Source: Syncephalis fuscata S228
Lineage: Eukaryota; Fungi; Zoopagomycota
Assembly (NCBI GenBank): GCA_025786725.1
Contig: JAHLTZ010000009.1
Span: 248,001-312,000, forward strand
Direction of reading: 5' to 3'
Length of the DNA stretch: 64,000 nt
Made by a program: the position numbers and the translations under genes. The notes under the pieces were generated by a model that worked only from the letters and a program-made list of their open reading frames with translations, was not told where the DNA came from and did not search any database. Shown piece by piece: positions 13,308 through 25,257 of this stretch. The first letter of the stretch is position 1, and every line of letters starts with the position of its first letter.

Positions 13308-16300
13308 CTAACGTCGTTTATCTGATGCCTATATGATGTTATTATTAATAGCCATTGATGAACCAATCCATAAATACTTACTTCTTGTGCTAATACTTGT
13401 TGGCGTTGTTCTTTAATCTTACGCATTGATGCTACATGAGCACCCAACGGTGAAGAAGTGACCGGAGTACTGGCCAAGAAAGTGTGCTACAGAATAATCA
13501 GTCATATATTGTGTAATTATGAGTATTTAAATAGAACTTACTGCTTTACTCAATTGATTAGGACTAAAGTCAATGGCCGATCGTTTCTCTTCAATGTATT
13601 TTGATTGTTGTTCCAACTAATCATTTACATTAATTAGTCATTAGTAATTAGTAATAGTAACTAGTTATAGTGATATATCAATAGTTTACCTTTTCTATTA
13701 AACTTTGTGATTGTTTAACCAATTTAACCGAATGTATACGTTTATTGGCACGTTTCAACTATATAATAATAATAATAGCAATAATGATTACATTACAATA
13801 ACATAATTACTCAGGTATAAATTACTTACTTGAACTATAGCTGGAATGGCAATTCAGGGAAGGCAATAGAAAGTGCATGTCCTTCAAAGTAATCAAATAG
13901 ACATTCACAAATACGTTCCATCAATACTTCCTACAATCCCATAAATAATGCAATCTATTAGTCTATATTGATTTGAATTAGTTAATAGATATACAAACCT
14001 GATAAACACGAGTATGTAGATATTCTTTTGGTGCTTTAATTATATCGATAAATCAATTGGCTTCAATGTTGTCGGTGTAGGCTTTCGTCGTAATTCACTC
14101 GATTCCAACATCTAATAAACAGTAGTAGTAATTATTAGTAAATAATAATAATAATTATAAATAAATAAATATAAATTACTTCAAAGATGGCTGGTACCAA
14201 TGGAATAAACGTATCTGTATTACGGCCCAACTGTATTAATAAATCAATACAATGCAATCTTAAAGGAAAGTATTGAGCAGTAGGAATCAATCTATTTAAT
14301 AAAGGTATATAGTTAGTAATTCATACTGTTATCACTTTAATACACTTACCGACTAGCACCAAGTGCTACTTGCACAAATGGATAGATAATTGGCTGTAAA
14401 GGCGAGGCAGTTGCACCTTGATTGGCACAGAATCGTTGATTGCAATAAGTCGATAGTACAAGTGACCATAGACGAAGGCAATGAATGAACTGCCAGTTAT
14501 ACACCGAACGATATGCTTCCTTTGTCTTGGCCGATATAGCATTACGTAGATGAATGGCCAATTGGCGTATATAAAGGAATGCATGCTGATATGATGAATC
14601 AAGACGAATGCCCAATAGATCAACAATACAGCGCATCATAGTCTCAATAGCTGGCAAAGTATGAATATTTGTATCTTTGCATACTTTAACAAACATGGTA
14701 TAAACACCCTATTACACAGATTAGATTAGAATACATACACATATACTACTAATTAGTGTACCTTAAGAGCAACATCTAATAATGTCGTTGATGTTGCCGT
14801 AGTGGCCGATGAAGACAATCGACGAATACATACAAATGACAACATACGGGTACTTTCATGTCCTGTACCCCAAATGGTCAATAGAGCCTAATTAACTAAT
14901 ATTAACCTTAATGTAATAGTAAATACCATTAGTTACCTTTAAATAAGCAGTGGCCAATTTAGGGAAACATAAAAAGTAGACAATAGACTTTTCTGATTCC
15001 TGTAGTACATACTGAAGAATAGTCGGTTCAGTAACATAGCGAAGTGTCGATAACAAATTACTCAAGAATCCTTTGACCAATGGCGATACAGTGGCCCACT
15101 TTTGACAACTACTAGGCAATGGCTGTGACCGTCTATGGTTTATTATAGTTATAGTTATATTAATATTGATATTGCTATATTCATTATAACTTACTTGGTG
15201 GATTTAACGGTAAATGGTGGGCAAATAAATTAGGAAGTAATTGAAGCGATAGTGTAATAGCCTTATTAAACACTATTCAATAGTTAGTATATGATTAATA
15301 TAATAGATGATTACTATACCTATATCGTTATTGACTATAAAGCCCGTAGCTTGTTGTGCCTTAAGATGATTGTCACTGCTATCTTTACTATTAATATCTT
15401 GTTGACCTGAAAGTACAGCTGCACGGAAGGCCAACATAAGCTTTTTACCCGAACTCAATGAGTGATCCTATAATAATGAGTTAATTAGTAATTACAACCA
15501 ATATATTAGTTATATTTACATACCTTTACTATAGCCTTTTCCCAGCTATTTAGCATTGCTTTAGTTACTTCAACACCGCTCGATGCTTCTACTTCATCTT
15601 CAGCATTATCATCTACATCCATGATCTCTTCATCTTCATCTTCATCTTCGTCTACTTCATCTTCGTCTTCATCTTCCTCATCTTCACCGTCTTCATCTTC
15701 ATCTTCAGAAACATCAAATTCAAGTAAAGATTTATCGTTATTCTTTAAATATTCATAAAACTCTGGATCTTGTTCTTTTAATTTCTCCAAATCTTTTTTA
15801 TGTTGTAATCCTTTAATAAGATCATCGTCGTTATCTTCCTCCTCTCCTCCTCCTCTTCTTCTTCTTCTAGTGGTTCTTCCTCTTCATCATCATCCAATTC
15901 AACTTCTGATGATGAATTATCTTGTTCATCATCATTATCAAATCCACCATTAATAAAATCATCCATACTCATATCAGCTAGTCTATTAATGATTAACATG
16001 CTTAATATTAACATTTTACACTATTATCAACAATACCACTTACCGATCGGCTTCTTTATCTACTGTTGTATGGAAGGCTCCTACTTTAGTCAAATCATCT
16101 AATAGATAGATTAGACTATTGATTATACTAATTATTTATTTAACTACCTTGTTGACCTGCTGTGGCATTCGTGGCCTTTTCCAATAAAGAACGATTCAAC
16201 TTTTTAACTTCGCGCTTTTTACGATCTTTAACAATCTTTTGGACTGAGCGACGACGTTCAATCGTTTGTTTAAGTTTTGTCTGACTGAACTTTTTAAATG

Positions 16301-16319
16301 ACTTCTTGACCTTGCCCAT
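13308..16319 (-). CDS. NOC2: Nucleolar complex protein 2 (60S biogenesis)
   Basis: MGKVKKSFKKF start, LKEQDPEFYEYLKNNDKSLLEF, YQHAFLYIRQLAIHLRNA, VYNWQFIHCLRLWS, PTAQYFPLRLHC. Apparent indels near 14045 and 15820-15840. Confidence 0.95.
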
Positions 16320-16489
16320 ACTGAAATATACTAAGTGCCGATAGACTACTAGTGGTAAAGTGTAAAAGGTGCGGTGAACAAGAGAAGTAAAAAAGTTTTT
16401 TTCTTTTTTTTTCTTTCCTATTTCTTATTATTATTGACACTGAGTGTGTAAGAACAGTGTATTCATATTTCTTTACACCTACACTAACT
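16320..16489. promoter_or_regulatory. 170-bp bidirectional promoter NOC2/SOF1 with an RRPE-like A/T tract
   Basis: Head-to-head ATGs at 16319 and 16490. AAAAAAGTTTTTT near 16389-16401 resembles the yeast RRPE (AAAWTTTT). Confidence 0.55.
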
Positions 16490-18557
16490 ATGGTAAGTAG
16501 TTATAGTTGTATAAGGAATAGATGTATTGATATTGGTCTATGGACTATAGAAAGTGAAGACTATTTCACGTAGTGCTGATGATTATCAGCGGGCCCGCCG
16601 TACTGATCTGCATCGAGTACAGCGCAATTTAGATCCCACTGTGAATCCATTTGAACAGGCCCGTGAATATACTCGTGCACTTAATGCGGCAAAACTTGAG
16701 CGTATGTTTGCCAAACCGTTTGTCGGTGCCCTTAGTGGACATGCCGACGGTGTCTATTGTATGGCAAAGCATCCTACCCGACTAGACACCATTGTATCTG
16801 GTAGTGGAGATGGCGGTAAGGGCTATTGACTAGATGACTGAACAATAGTAACAATAACAACAATATATATATATATATATTAGAGGTACGACTATGGAGT
16901 CTTTCTGCACAGTAAGTAGTATGGGTACAAGTTTATTTGTAAAGTGTTAATAGTATAAATACTATTTAGAACGGCTTCATGGAAGACAATGGCCCATCGT
17001 GGTGTAGTACATGGTGTATGTGTTCTACCTCAATTAGATCGATTTATTTCAGTGGGTATGGATAAGACAGTAAAGATATGGTCACCAGATTCAACACCAG
17101 ATGCCACAGGTTACGTACAAGTAAGTAGTGACCATCAATATAATATAAATATAATGTTAATGATTTGTATTAGCCAATTAATACATTTGTGGGTAGAAAT
17201 GCATTTAGGTAAATTGACTTTATTGTATTATAATATTGATATTAACACTGTTAATTAATAGTGGTGTTGATCATCATCGACGTGATCCAATATTTGCTAC
17301 TTCTGGTTCACAAGTAGATATTTGGGATATGGAACGGTAAGTGATGGTAACTGTTTATTTGATAGAATGATTAATGAATATGGCTATAAGATCTGAACCG
17401 GTAACGACATTTGAATGGGGATCTGATACAATCAATACAGTCAAGTTTAATCAATCTGAAGTGAATGTATTGGCCAGTTGTGGTTCAGACCGTACCATTA
17501 TATTATACGATCTACGATCATCAAGTCCATTGGCCAAACAAGTGATGCAGGTAATAGATATAGAATTGATTAAACTACTCTTTATTAATTAAATGAATAT
17601 AGTTACGCACTAATGCTATTGCTTGGAATCCACGGGAACCATTTAATTTTGTAGCAGTAAGTAGTATATATATGTGTATATATATATATACACGTTATTA
17701 GGTATTTATTAATATTTAACTGTATAACACTATGATTATAGGCCAATGAAGATCACAATTGTTACATGTTTGATATGCGCCGACTAGATAATGCAGTTAA
17801 TGTGTTTAAAGACCATGTATCAGCGGTGTAAGTTTAAAAGGGTAACTATTAATCCAGTTCTATATTAACCGACTATTTATAGACTGGATGTTGATTTCTC
17901 ACCTACTGGAGAAGAAATTGTTACTGGTTCTTACGATCGATCACTGCGTATATTTAGTGTTCGTCATGGACATAGTCGTGATATATATCATACAAAGCGA
18001 ATGCAGCGGTAAGTTAAATGACCAGAGAAATAGTAGGACTAGCCATATTAATGATCTTTATTTGATCTATATTAGTATTTTCTGTGTTAAATATAGTATG
18101 GATGCCAAATACGTATTATCAGGCAGTGATGATGGTAATATTCGCTTATGGAAGACGGTAGCATCTGAAAAGATTGGACCGGTAATTTACTACTATTATT
18201 ATACTAATAGGACGACTAACCAATATATAATGATGATCATTAGATTGATACAAGAGAGCGTACACATTTGGAATATCAAGAAAAACTTAAGGATCGTTAT
18301 CGTCATTTACCACAAGTTAAGAAAGTGCTCAAGTAAGTGTATTGCAGCAATAGTATCGATACATAATACTAACTGGGTTCATCTATTGAATCAGTCATCG
18401 ATTTGTACCGACGGCCATTACCACAGCAAGCAAGACGAAGCGTATTATGTTGGCATCACGTAAACGAAGAGAAGATAATGAACGAACTCATAGTAAACCA
18501 GGATCGGTACCACATAAAGCAGAGCGTAAAAAGCATGTTATTACAGTGGAGAAATAA
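16490..18557 (+). CDS. SOF1: SSU processome WD40 protein Sof1/DCAF13
   Basis: ATG followed directly by an intron, then KVKTISRS...RNLDPTVNPFEQAREYTRALNAAKLERMFAKPF, HSRDIYHTKRMQR and LSGSDDGNIRLWK. Confidence 0.96.
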
Positions 18558-18640
18558 ATTACTATTGAAGCATTGGGTATTTGGTTTTATCATTTATTAT
18601 TATTTTACGATATCTTATGCATCATCTACACACACAATAG

Positions 18641-19893
18641 TTAAACAGTATCTTGTTTCTTTTCATCGTTAGTGTGATTATTAAGTGTTGATGCACTACC
18701 ATCCACTGTACTATTAGTATTGGCGGTGGTTGAGTTAAGTGTTGGTGTACTTTGGGCAGAAGATGAAGAATTGGCATTAGTAGAAGTATTCTTGGTAGAG
18801 ATGGCATTGCCGGCTAGTTGCCATGCAGGAATAGTGGGTCGACCTGTTGTTTGATTATTACCAATTAATGAGGTTAGAGAAGTGTTGGTACTGCTGCTGG
18901 CTGTATAGCCACTGGTTGTGGTATAACCAAGAGCCGTTGTACCAGTGCTTGTATCCTCGTAGTTGGTGGCAGTAGCCGTATCGCTAATAGTACCACTAGT
19001 AGATGGCACAGCAGTAGGACCACGACCCCGATTGGCCAGTAGTCCTTTAAGTGATCTGATTTCTGATTGTAAATCGGTCAATACCATCGAGTGCGATTCC
19101 TTGCTTTGCTCAAGTATCTAAATAGTCCATTTAATCAATAAAATATTATATTAGAGTATAACTGTAACTATAACTATTATATGAATTACCTTGGGTAGAG
19201 CATTGCGTACACGGTCTAGTTCTTCGCGTACACTATTCAGTTCCTTTTCTCGTTTTTCTTCACGCTGACCCAGCTCTTCAAGTACTTCTTTAGTTTGTGC
19301 TACTACTTGTTCGATAGAATCGGCGCGTTTTTCCATTTGTTCGCGTGTGGCCTGTGTTGTTTTGGCCATGTCGTCAAGTGCTTCTTTTGCTTTATCAAAT
19401 GCTTCTTCAAATCGTCGTTTATCCTCGTCAAGCTCATTTTTTTTCGGCCAATTAAACATGGGTCCAACATAACGCTACGCAATAACCCCAGTATGATAAG
19501 TGTTAAATGAGAAATAAAACAGCTAATTAATCAACTTACTTTGGCTATCATCGCTGCACCATAGCCAACACCACCTATCACAACAGCGGCAATAAAATAA
19601 TCTTTCCAACCAAGTGCCGGCGGTGGTGGTGGTGGTGGTGCTTGCATCATAACTGGGCCATAACCAGCTGGTACAGCCGACATCATTGCTTGACTATTGT
19701 TGTTGTTGCTATTCATGGCAGTATTGCCGCCACTTCCTCCTCCTCCTCCACCAGCTCGTCGCATAGCTTCTTGGATCTCGTCCGACGTCATGCCTTTTGA
19801 TTCAAGAAACGATACTTTTTTGGCCATAGAGGCCGATTGTACTTTGGCATCTTGAAGGAAATTCACCGCACTACTAACTAATTCTTCACGCAT
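18641..19893 (-). CDS. PEX14: Peroxisomal docking protein Pex14
   Basis: Pex14_N domain REELVSSAVNFLQDAKVQSASMAKKVSFLESKGMTSDEI, WKDYFIAAVVIGGVGYG, coiled coil, and IPAWQL motif. Confidence 0.95.
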
Positions 19894-21301
19894 CGTATAC
19901 TACAAATGATATGTACTGGTCAAATAAAAGAATAACGTTAACGTGTTCGAATGACAAGAGAAGTAGTGAAGGTGCTGTGCGCGTAGATGTGTACAATATA
20001 ATAATTAAATGGTCACGTGATGCTGAGTAAACGGCAACTATCAATACCGAATGAACCGATGCATTTTTTCTAAATATTATCATATGCTAGCATATAGATT
20101 TTAATAAATAAAGTAAATAATTTGAAATAATGCATTAATAAACAATGTAAAATAGTTATAGAATTACATATATAGATAGGCTAATTACATTTAAGCTTAG
20201 TAGTTATAAATGTATACTAATAATATAGCTAGTAGATGTGCATGATTGTTATAAGCATACTATCTATTCCATATAATATTATACTGTTTAAGCAGTAATA
20301 TTAAGGATTTAAATGGGCAATGAGGTTATAAGTTAAAAATTTTGCAGAAAATATTGATGATATAGTATAAACTCTAAAGCACAGAATTGTAATTAATTAC
20401 TAAATCTATACAATTTTGTCCATAAATACATATATGACTTAAAAACAAATTAAAGAAAATGTAAACAAAGCAAAGTTAGTAGAAAAAATAGCAGTGAATT
20501 ATAGAAGCGGTTAAATTATAATGATGTTTAAAATGTTAACTGATTTAAATAATAAAATGCTTATAAAAACAAGTCTAAAAAATAGTTGTGAAAATAAAGT
20601 TTGTGCTGGATTTAAATGCATCTATATATTTCTATTAACTATTCAATTTTGAATAAAAATAGCTTTAATAGTAAATATGATGTCAATATATCATAGTATG
20701 GGGATTTATTTTTGAATAATCTATACAAAAATCAAACCTTTCTAATGGATGTTTCTAGTTTACCTTTTGGCTAACGATGATTTAAGGAAGCAGCAATAAC
20801 AATTATAGAAAATTAAACTGTTAGCTATTTTTATCAAGGAAGAATTCTTTTCCAATTAAATTATACTCCGCACTTGTGTATTGCTAAATTAGATGTAATT
20901 AATATATATATATAATTTTATATTTGCTGAATTTAAAATTGATAGTCGGAAACAAAAATTACATTTTAAAAGTATTCGAGGCTATACTGACCAGCTACTT
21001 GCACCATTTATTTCTTTCCATTTTTTTTCAACGAACTACTCTGCTCTAACGAGTGCTTGAACATTTAGACATGTAGGTGAATCAAAATAGTGCTATTGAG
21101 TTATGCATTAACACAATGTTTTTATACTAATATATATTTCTTAATATCTGCTATGTTATACAGCTTTCACTCAAACTAGAACTCTTTCAAATCGCACTTT
21201 GACTTACGACATAAATTCGACTGGATGTCCCAGTAGCTTTTTCGTTTGAACGGTTTACTTTTGAATATAATTGTTTTACAAACATTAAAGTTCAATATAA
21301 A

Positions 21302-22495
21302 ATGCAATTAAGAACGAATATTTATCTGGGATGTATGGTTGCAACCATGCTGCTGGATGTTGCAAGAACAGCACCAGTTGCAAATCCAGAAATACCAAAT
21401 GATAGTATGGTAGGTTCCATTTTCTGCATAACTCATGCAAACTAGCCATTGCTTAAAATTTTATAATACTTTTAATGCTAAATTTAGAACCACAATCAAG
21501 TAGGGCAACATGATCAACATAAGTTCGCACAGCAATCCAATCCATCTCTTCACAGGCGACGGTGGAACCCATTTGCATCATCCCCCACGCAGATTAACCA
21601 ATTTCCAAACCAGGCGGGCTTTCCAAATCAGCAAATGATGCAAGGAACCGGAAAAGATATGAATCAACAGCAAGGATTAGATCCCATGGTGGCCATGCTA
21701 ATGACATCACAAAGCAACCAGGATCAAATGGCCTTAAACATGGGAAAGATGCAAGTAATGCAGAATGCAGTGGGTTCCGCATCCAACACACTGCAAGAAA
21801 GTTCCAAGCATAGTACGCAATTGCAAGTTGACCAAATTAAAAAAGAAGCCGATTTGAATCAAAAGACGCTGACGGAACAATCGAACGTAAACAATATGCT
21901 AGCTACGCAACAAAAGCAGGAAATTCAAGCTGGCACGATGCTGACTAACCAAATGATGACAATGCAGACGCAAAAACAAATCAATGACCTAAAAACCAAT
22001 TCAGCCCAGGATATTCTTGCTAAAACATTGGAGCTATCCAATGCCAAGTTCCTCAGGGATTATCCAAATGCAAATTTAAACGGTGCATTCAGCAAGAAAG
22101 AAGATGGGACAACTAGTTCAACTGGCACCGCATCTGATTCTAATACCTCTGGCACTTCGACCACCGGTAAATCATCTGCTTCAACGGCTGGAACAAGTAG
22201 TGCAGGTGCTAATGCCAATTCCAATATGGCATCTAACACTCACTCGGGCACATCAGTAAATGGCAATACAGGTACAACTACTGCTAATGGTCAAACAGTA
22301 AACGGAAATGTTAACAACAACAACAACAACGCCATGCCTAATGGTAATGCGAATGGAGCAAACAATGGTAATCTAAATATGAATGCGGCTACTGGATCTA
22401 ACTTTGTACAACCTGGTATGCAATCGCAAGTCGATATGAATAACAGTGAAGGTATTAATGGCCAGACCATGCCAAATAATGCTCTTCGCCCTTAA
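21302..22495 (+). CDS. Secreted Gln/Met/Asn-rich preproprotein of unknown function
   Basis: Exon 1 MQLRTNIYLGCMVATMLLDVARTA-PV looks like a signal peptide. Intron ~21410-21487, then LHRRR (Kex2-like site) in frame with the 286-aa ORF. Confidence 0.7.
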
Positions 22496-22847
22496 GCTTT
22501 CTATGAATTGACTTATTTGTTTGTTTTGAATTTAACAGCAATACAATTACGTTTCTAAAATTATTTTATCATGATATTTCTAGTTATCTTCTTCACCTAT
22601 TAAAGCTATCAAACATAAAAGTTTGGACCAAGTATTTAGTATTAAATAACGTGATCTGACGGTCCTACTTGCTGTTGCGTTATTAATTAAATTCCGCGAT
22701 AGCTATGCTAATATAAATATTTACTATGTAAAATGAATACATTTGTACTAATGCTATTAAAAACTATGCATTTTTGCAAATATTTATTTGTATTAATATT
22801 AACTATTTTAAGAAACAAAACACATTTTACTGTGTAGCTAAAGTGAA

Positions 22848-24233
22848 CTAAGGCTCGTCGGTCAATGTCATTGTTGATAGAGTTGGGCGATGCTCATTAG
22901 TGCGATGATGCGAATTGTGTAAGTCTGCAGATACACCTCCCGATGCGGTTCGACGTTCCTCGGATCGTTCGCGTGCGCGCTCCATTTGCCAAAAACGCCA
23001 GAAAAACACCATAGCCAAAGATGGCCAGAGAACAACGAGAAAGCAAACTTCAATGACTGTGCCAAGTCCAGGATGAGCATTAAGCCATTCACCGCCGAAT
23101 CCCCATATGTATGACATAACAGCACAGTTGAAATAAAAGAATATTAAATAGTATAAAACACCACGCAGCCGAGTGATAGAAGCACTGCGCTCGTCTATTT
23201 CTTCATTTACATCAACTGATGCTGCCACTGACTGTGTCGATTTGGTTTCTGCTTTAGAAATACTTTTCATTGCATAAGCATAAAGAGCACCAAACTTAGC
23301 ACCCGCTTTTTTGTCTTCAGCTTTAGTATATTCTTCGTCTTCGTTGATTTCCGTAAGACCAATGGTAGTCTCATAAAGATCACCATTGCTTTTTTTCTGG
23401 CTAATAACCATATTCATATCACTTTCGCCATTCTGATTTGGATTGTAGGCTGTATGAATGTTATAGCCACGTCGATGGCCACTTCCAGGCATATTTCTTG
23501 AGTTGAAAGGTTGGTTTTGCGGCATTAGCTGGCGCAGTGTCATTGTAAGTACAACAGCGTAATACGCGTAGAATGTACCAAGAATAACAAAAATAGAACC
23601 CCAAATACCCCAAGCTAAACGAACATAATTAAAATGGCCTTCCCAGTCGCCCTGCTCCCCACGTAGCCCGCCCATAAATCCCAGCACCGCAGGTACAATA
23701 GAACCAATTATACAGGTCGCTGCAAGAAGCGAGAGAGTAAGACGGCGTGATGGAATGCGAACTAATAGTCGCGCATGTAGTCGAGACGGCCGCTGGCCCG
23801 GAAGTCGTCCCGTTGTTTGCTGCACCGTTTCGATAATACCGGCAGTAAACAACAGCATGCCCCAGTAACCGACCCAGCATGACATTGCTACACCGGCGGT
23901 ACGAACGGCCAAAGATGGCATTAAATCAAATGCACACAGAGTATTGTGTAACAATCGAGTGGCCAAAAAGCAGGCCATACAAACACAAAGAGCCTTCATT
24001 GGCTGGCCAATTAATCGATTGCCACCGACAACTGTTGGCCCCATGGATGGTAGCTGGCTACCATTGACTGTACGAGGGCGAAAGAGAATGTAGCAAGCAA
24101 TAGCTATAACGACTACATGAACGAATGCACCAACACCATAAAGTGATAGATGCATTGTTTGGTATTGACAATCAGTGAAATTTAATGTTATATCACAGTT
24201 GGGATAATATGGCGGTGGCTTGTTGAACTTCAT
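22848..24233 (-). CDS. Intronless 7TM (GPCR-like) protein with a long third intracellular loop
   Basis: 461 aa: N-terminal C-x8-C, five hydrophobic helices, a ~120-aa polar loop, two more helices and a basic tail. Confidence 0.75.
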   Translation of the reverse strand: MKFNKPPPYYPNCDITLNFTDCQYQTMHLSLYGVGAFVHVVVIAIACYILFRPRTVNGSQLPSMGPTVVGGNRLIGQPMKALCVCMACFLATRLLHNTLCAFDLMPSLAVRTAGVAMSCWVGYWGMLLFTAGIIETVQQTTGRLPGQRPSRLHARLLVRIPSRRLTLSLLAATCIIGSIVPAVLGFMGGLRGEQGDWEGHFNYVRLAWGIWGSIFVILGTFYAYYAVVLTMTLRQLMPQNQPFNSRNMPGSGHRRGYNIHTAYNPNQNGESDMNMVISQKKSNGDLYETTIGLTEINEDEEYTKAEDKKAGAKFGALYAYAMKSISKAETKSTQSVAASVDVNEEIDERSASITRLRGVLYYLIFFYFNCAVMSYIWGFGGEWLNAHPGLGTVIEVCFLVVLWPSLAMVFFWRFWQMERARERSEERRTASGGVSADLHNSHHRTNEHRPTLSTMTLTDEP

Positions 24234-25257
24234 GATAAACTGCTGCTAACAATAGCAGTAATAAAAAACCTATACTAAGGTTACGTGAAAAATAATGGTT
24301 TGGAAAATATGGAAATAATAGAGGCCAGAATACCGGCTGGCAGCTATACGCAATTGATTAAAAGAAAAATTAACGACGCGAATGAAGCGATTGCCAATTG
24401 GCATAGTTGCTATAAAGCCTTAATATAAAAGCAACACTATTTAACAGCGTATTTGCAGCATGCTACTTTACAAAAATATAAAAAAGCCGACGTTTATTTC
24501 CATATAAACTACCCTTGTATACCTTGTCAGTTCTGTTGTGACGCATATTGTCGGGCTCCCGGATCATCGCATACTACCATTAATAGAAAAGATGGTAGCA
24601 ATTACTGTCTAAAAGCAGCTTTTTTGTTAAATATTTTATCCATGTTGTTTTCGTGCCATGCGACAAGGCCAAGTGTCAGCCATTTCGAGTAGTATCCCGT
24701 ATCAAGCCAAGGGATGCTAGCTATGAGGCAACTGTGCGATCCTCTTTTAACTGAAAGCTGTTACTCTTTTTGTTTTGAGCCTTTGATGCTTACTGCAAGG
24801 TAATAGGCGCAAATCTTGCACTACCGTAGATCATGTAATTGTTTGGATTTTGTTGATTTATGTCGATATCTACTATTAAACGCATAAAAAAGCATTTTAA
24901 ATAAATTATAATTTATTTCTAATAATAATAATGATAAATTTCAAATGTATTCAAATTAATATAATCTGCCAACACTTTTATAATAATAAGATTGTACTAA
25001 TAACATAGTGATAATAAATGAACCAAACTATATTTCATATTAAATTAAAATGAAACCAATCAAATGTATGTTTTAGTCAAACTGATTTTTGAATCAATTC
25101 AACTTTTGTGCTCGCCATTTTCTCATACTCGTGCCAGTTGAAGTTAACGATATTTATCGATTTATCGTTATTCTGTACTGTTATATTGACCTGTAACGCC
25201 TAATCATTACCAATAGCTACCTAGTTAAACGGAAATTACCTTCTATTGCGTTAAATT

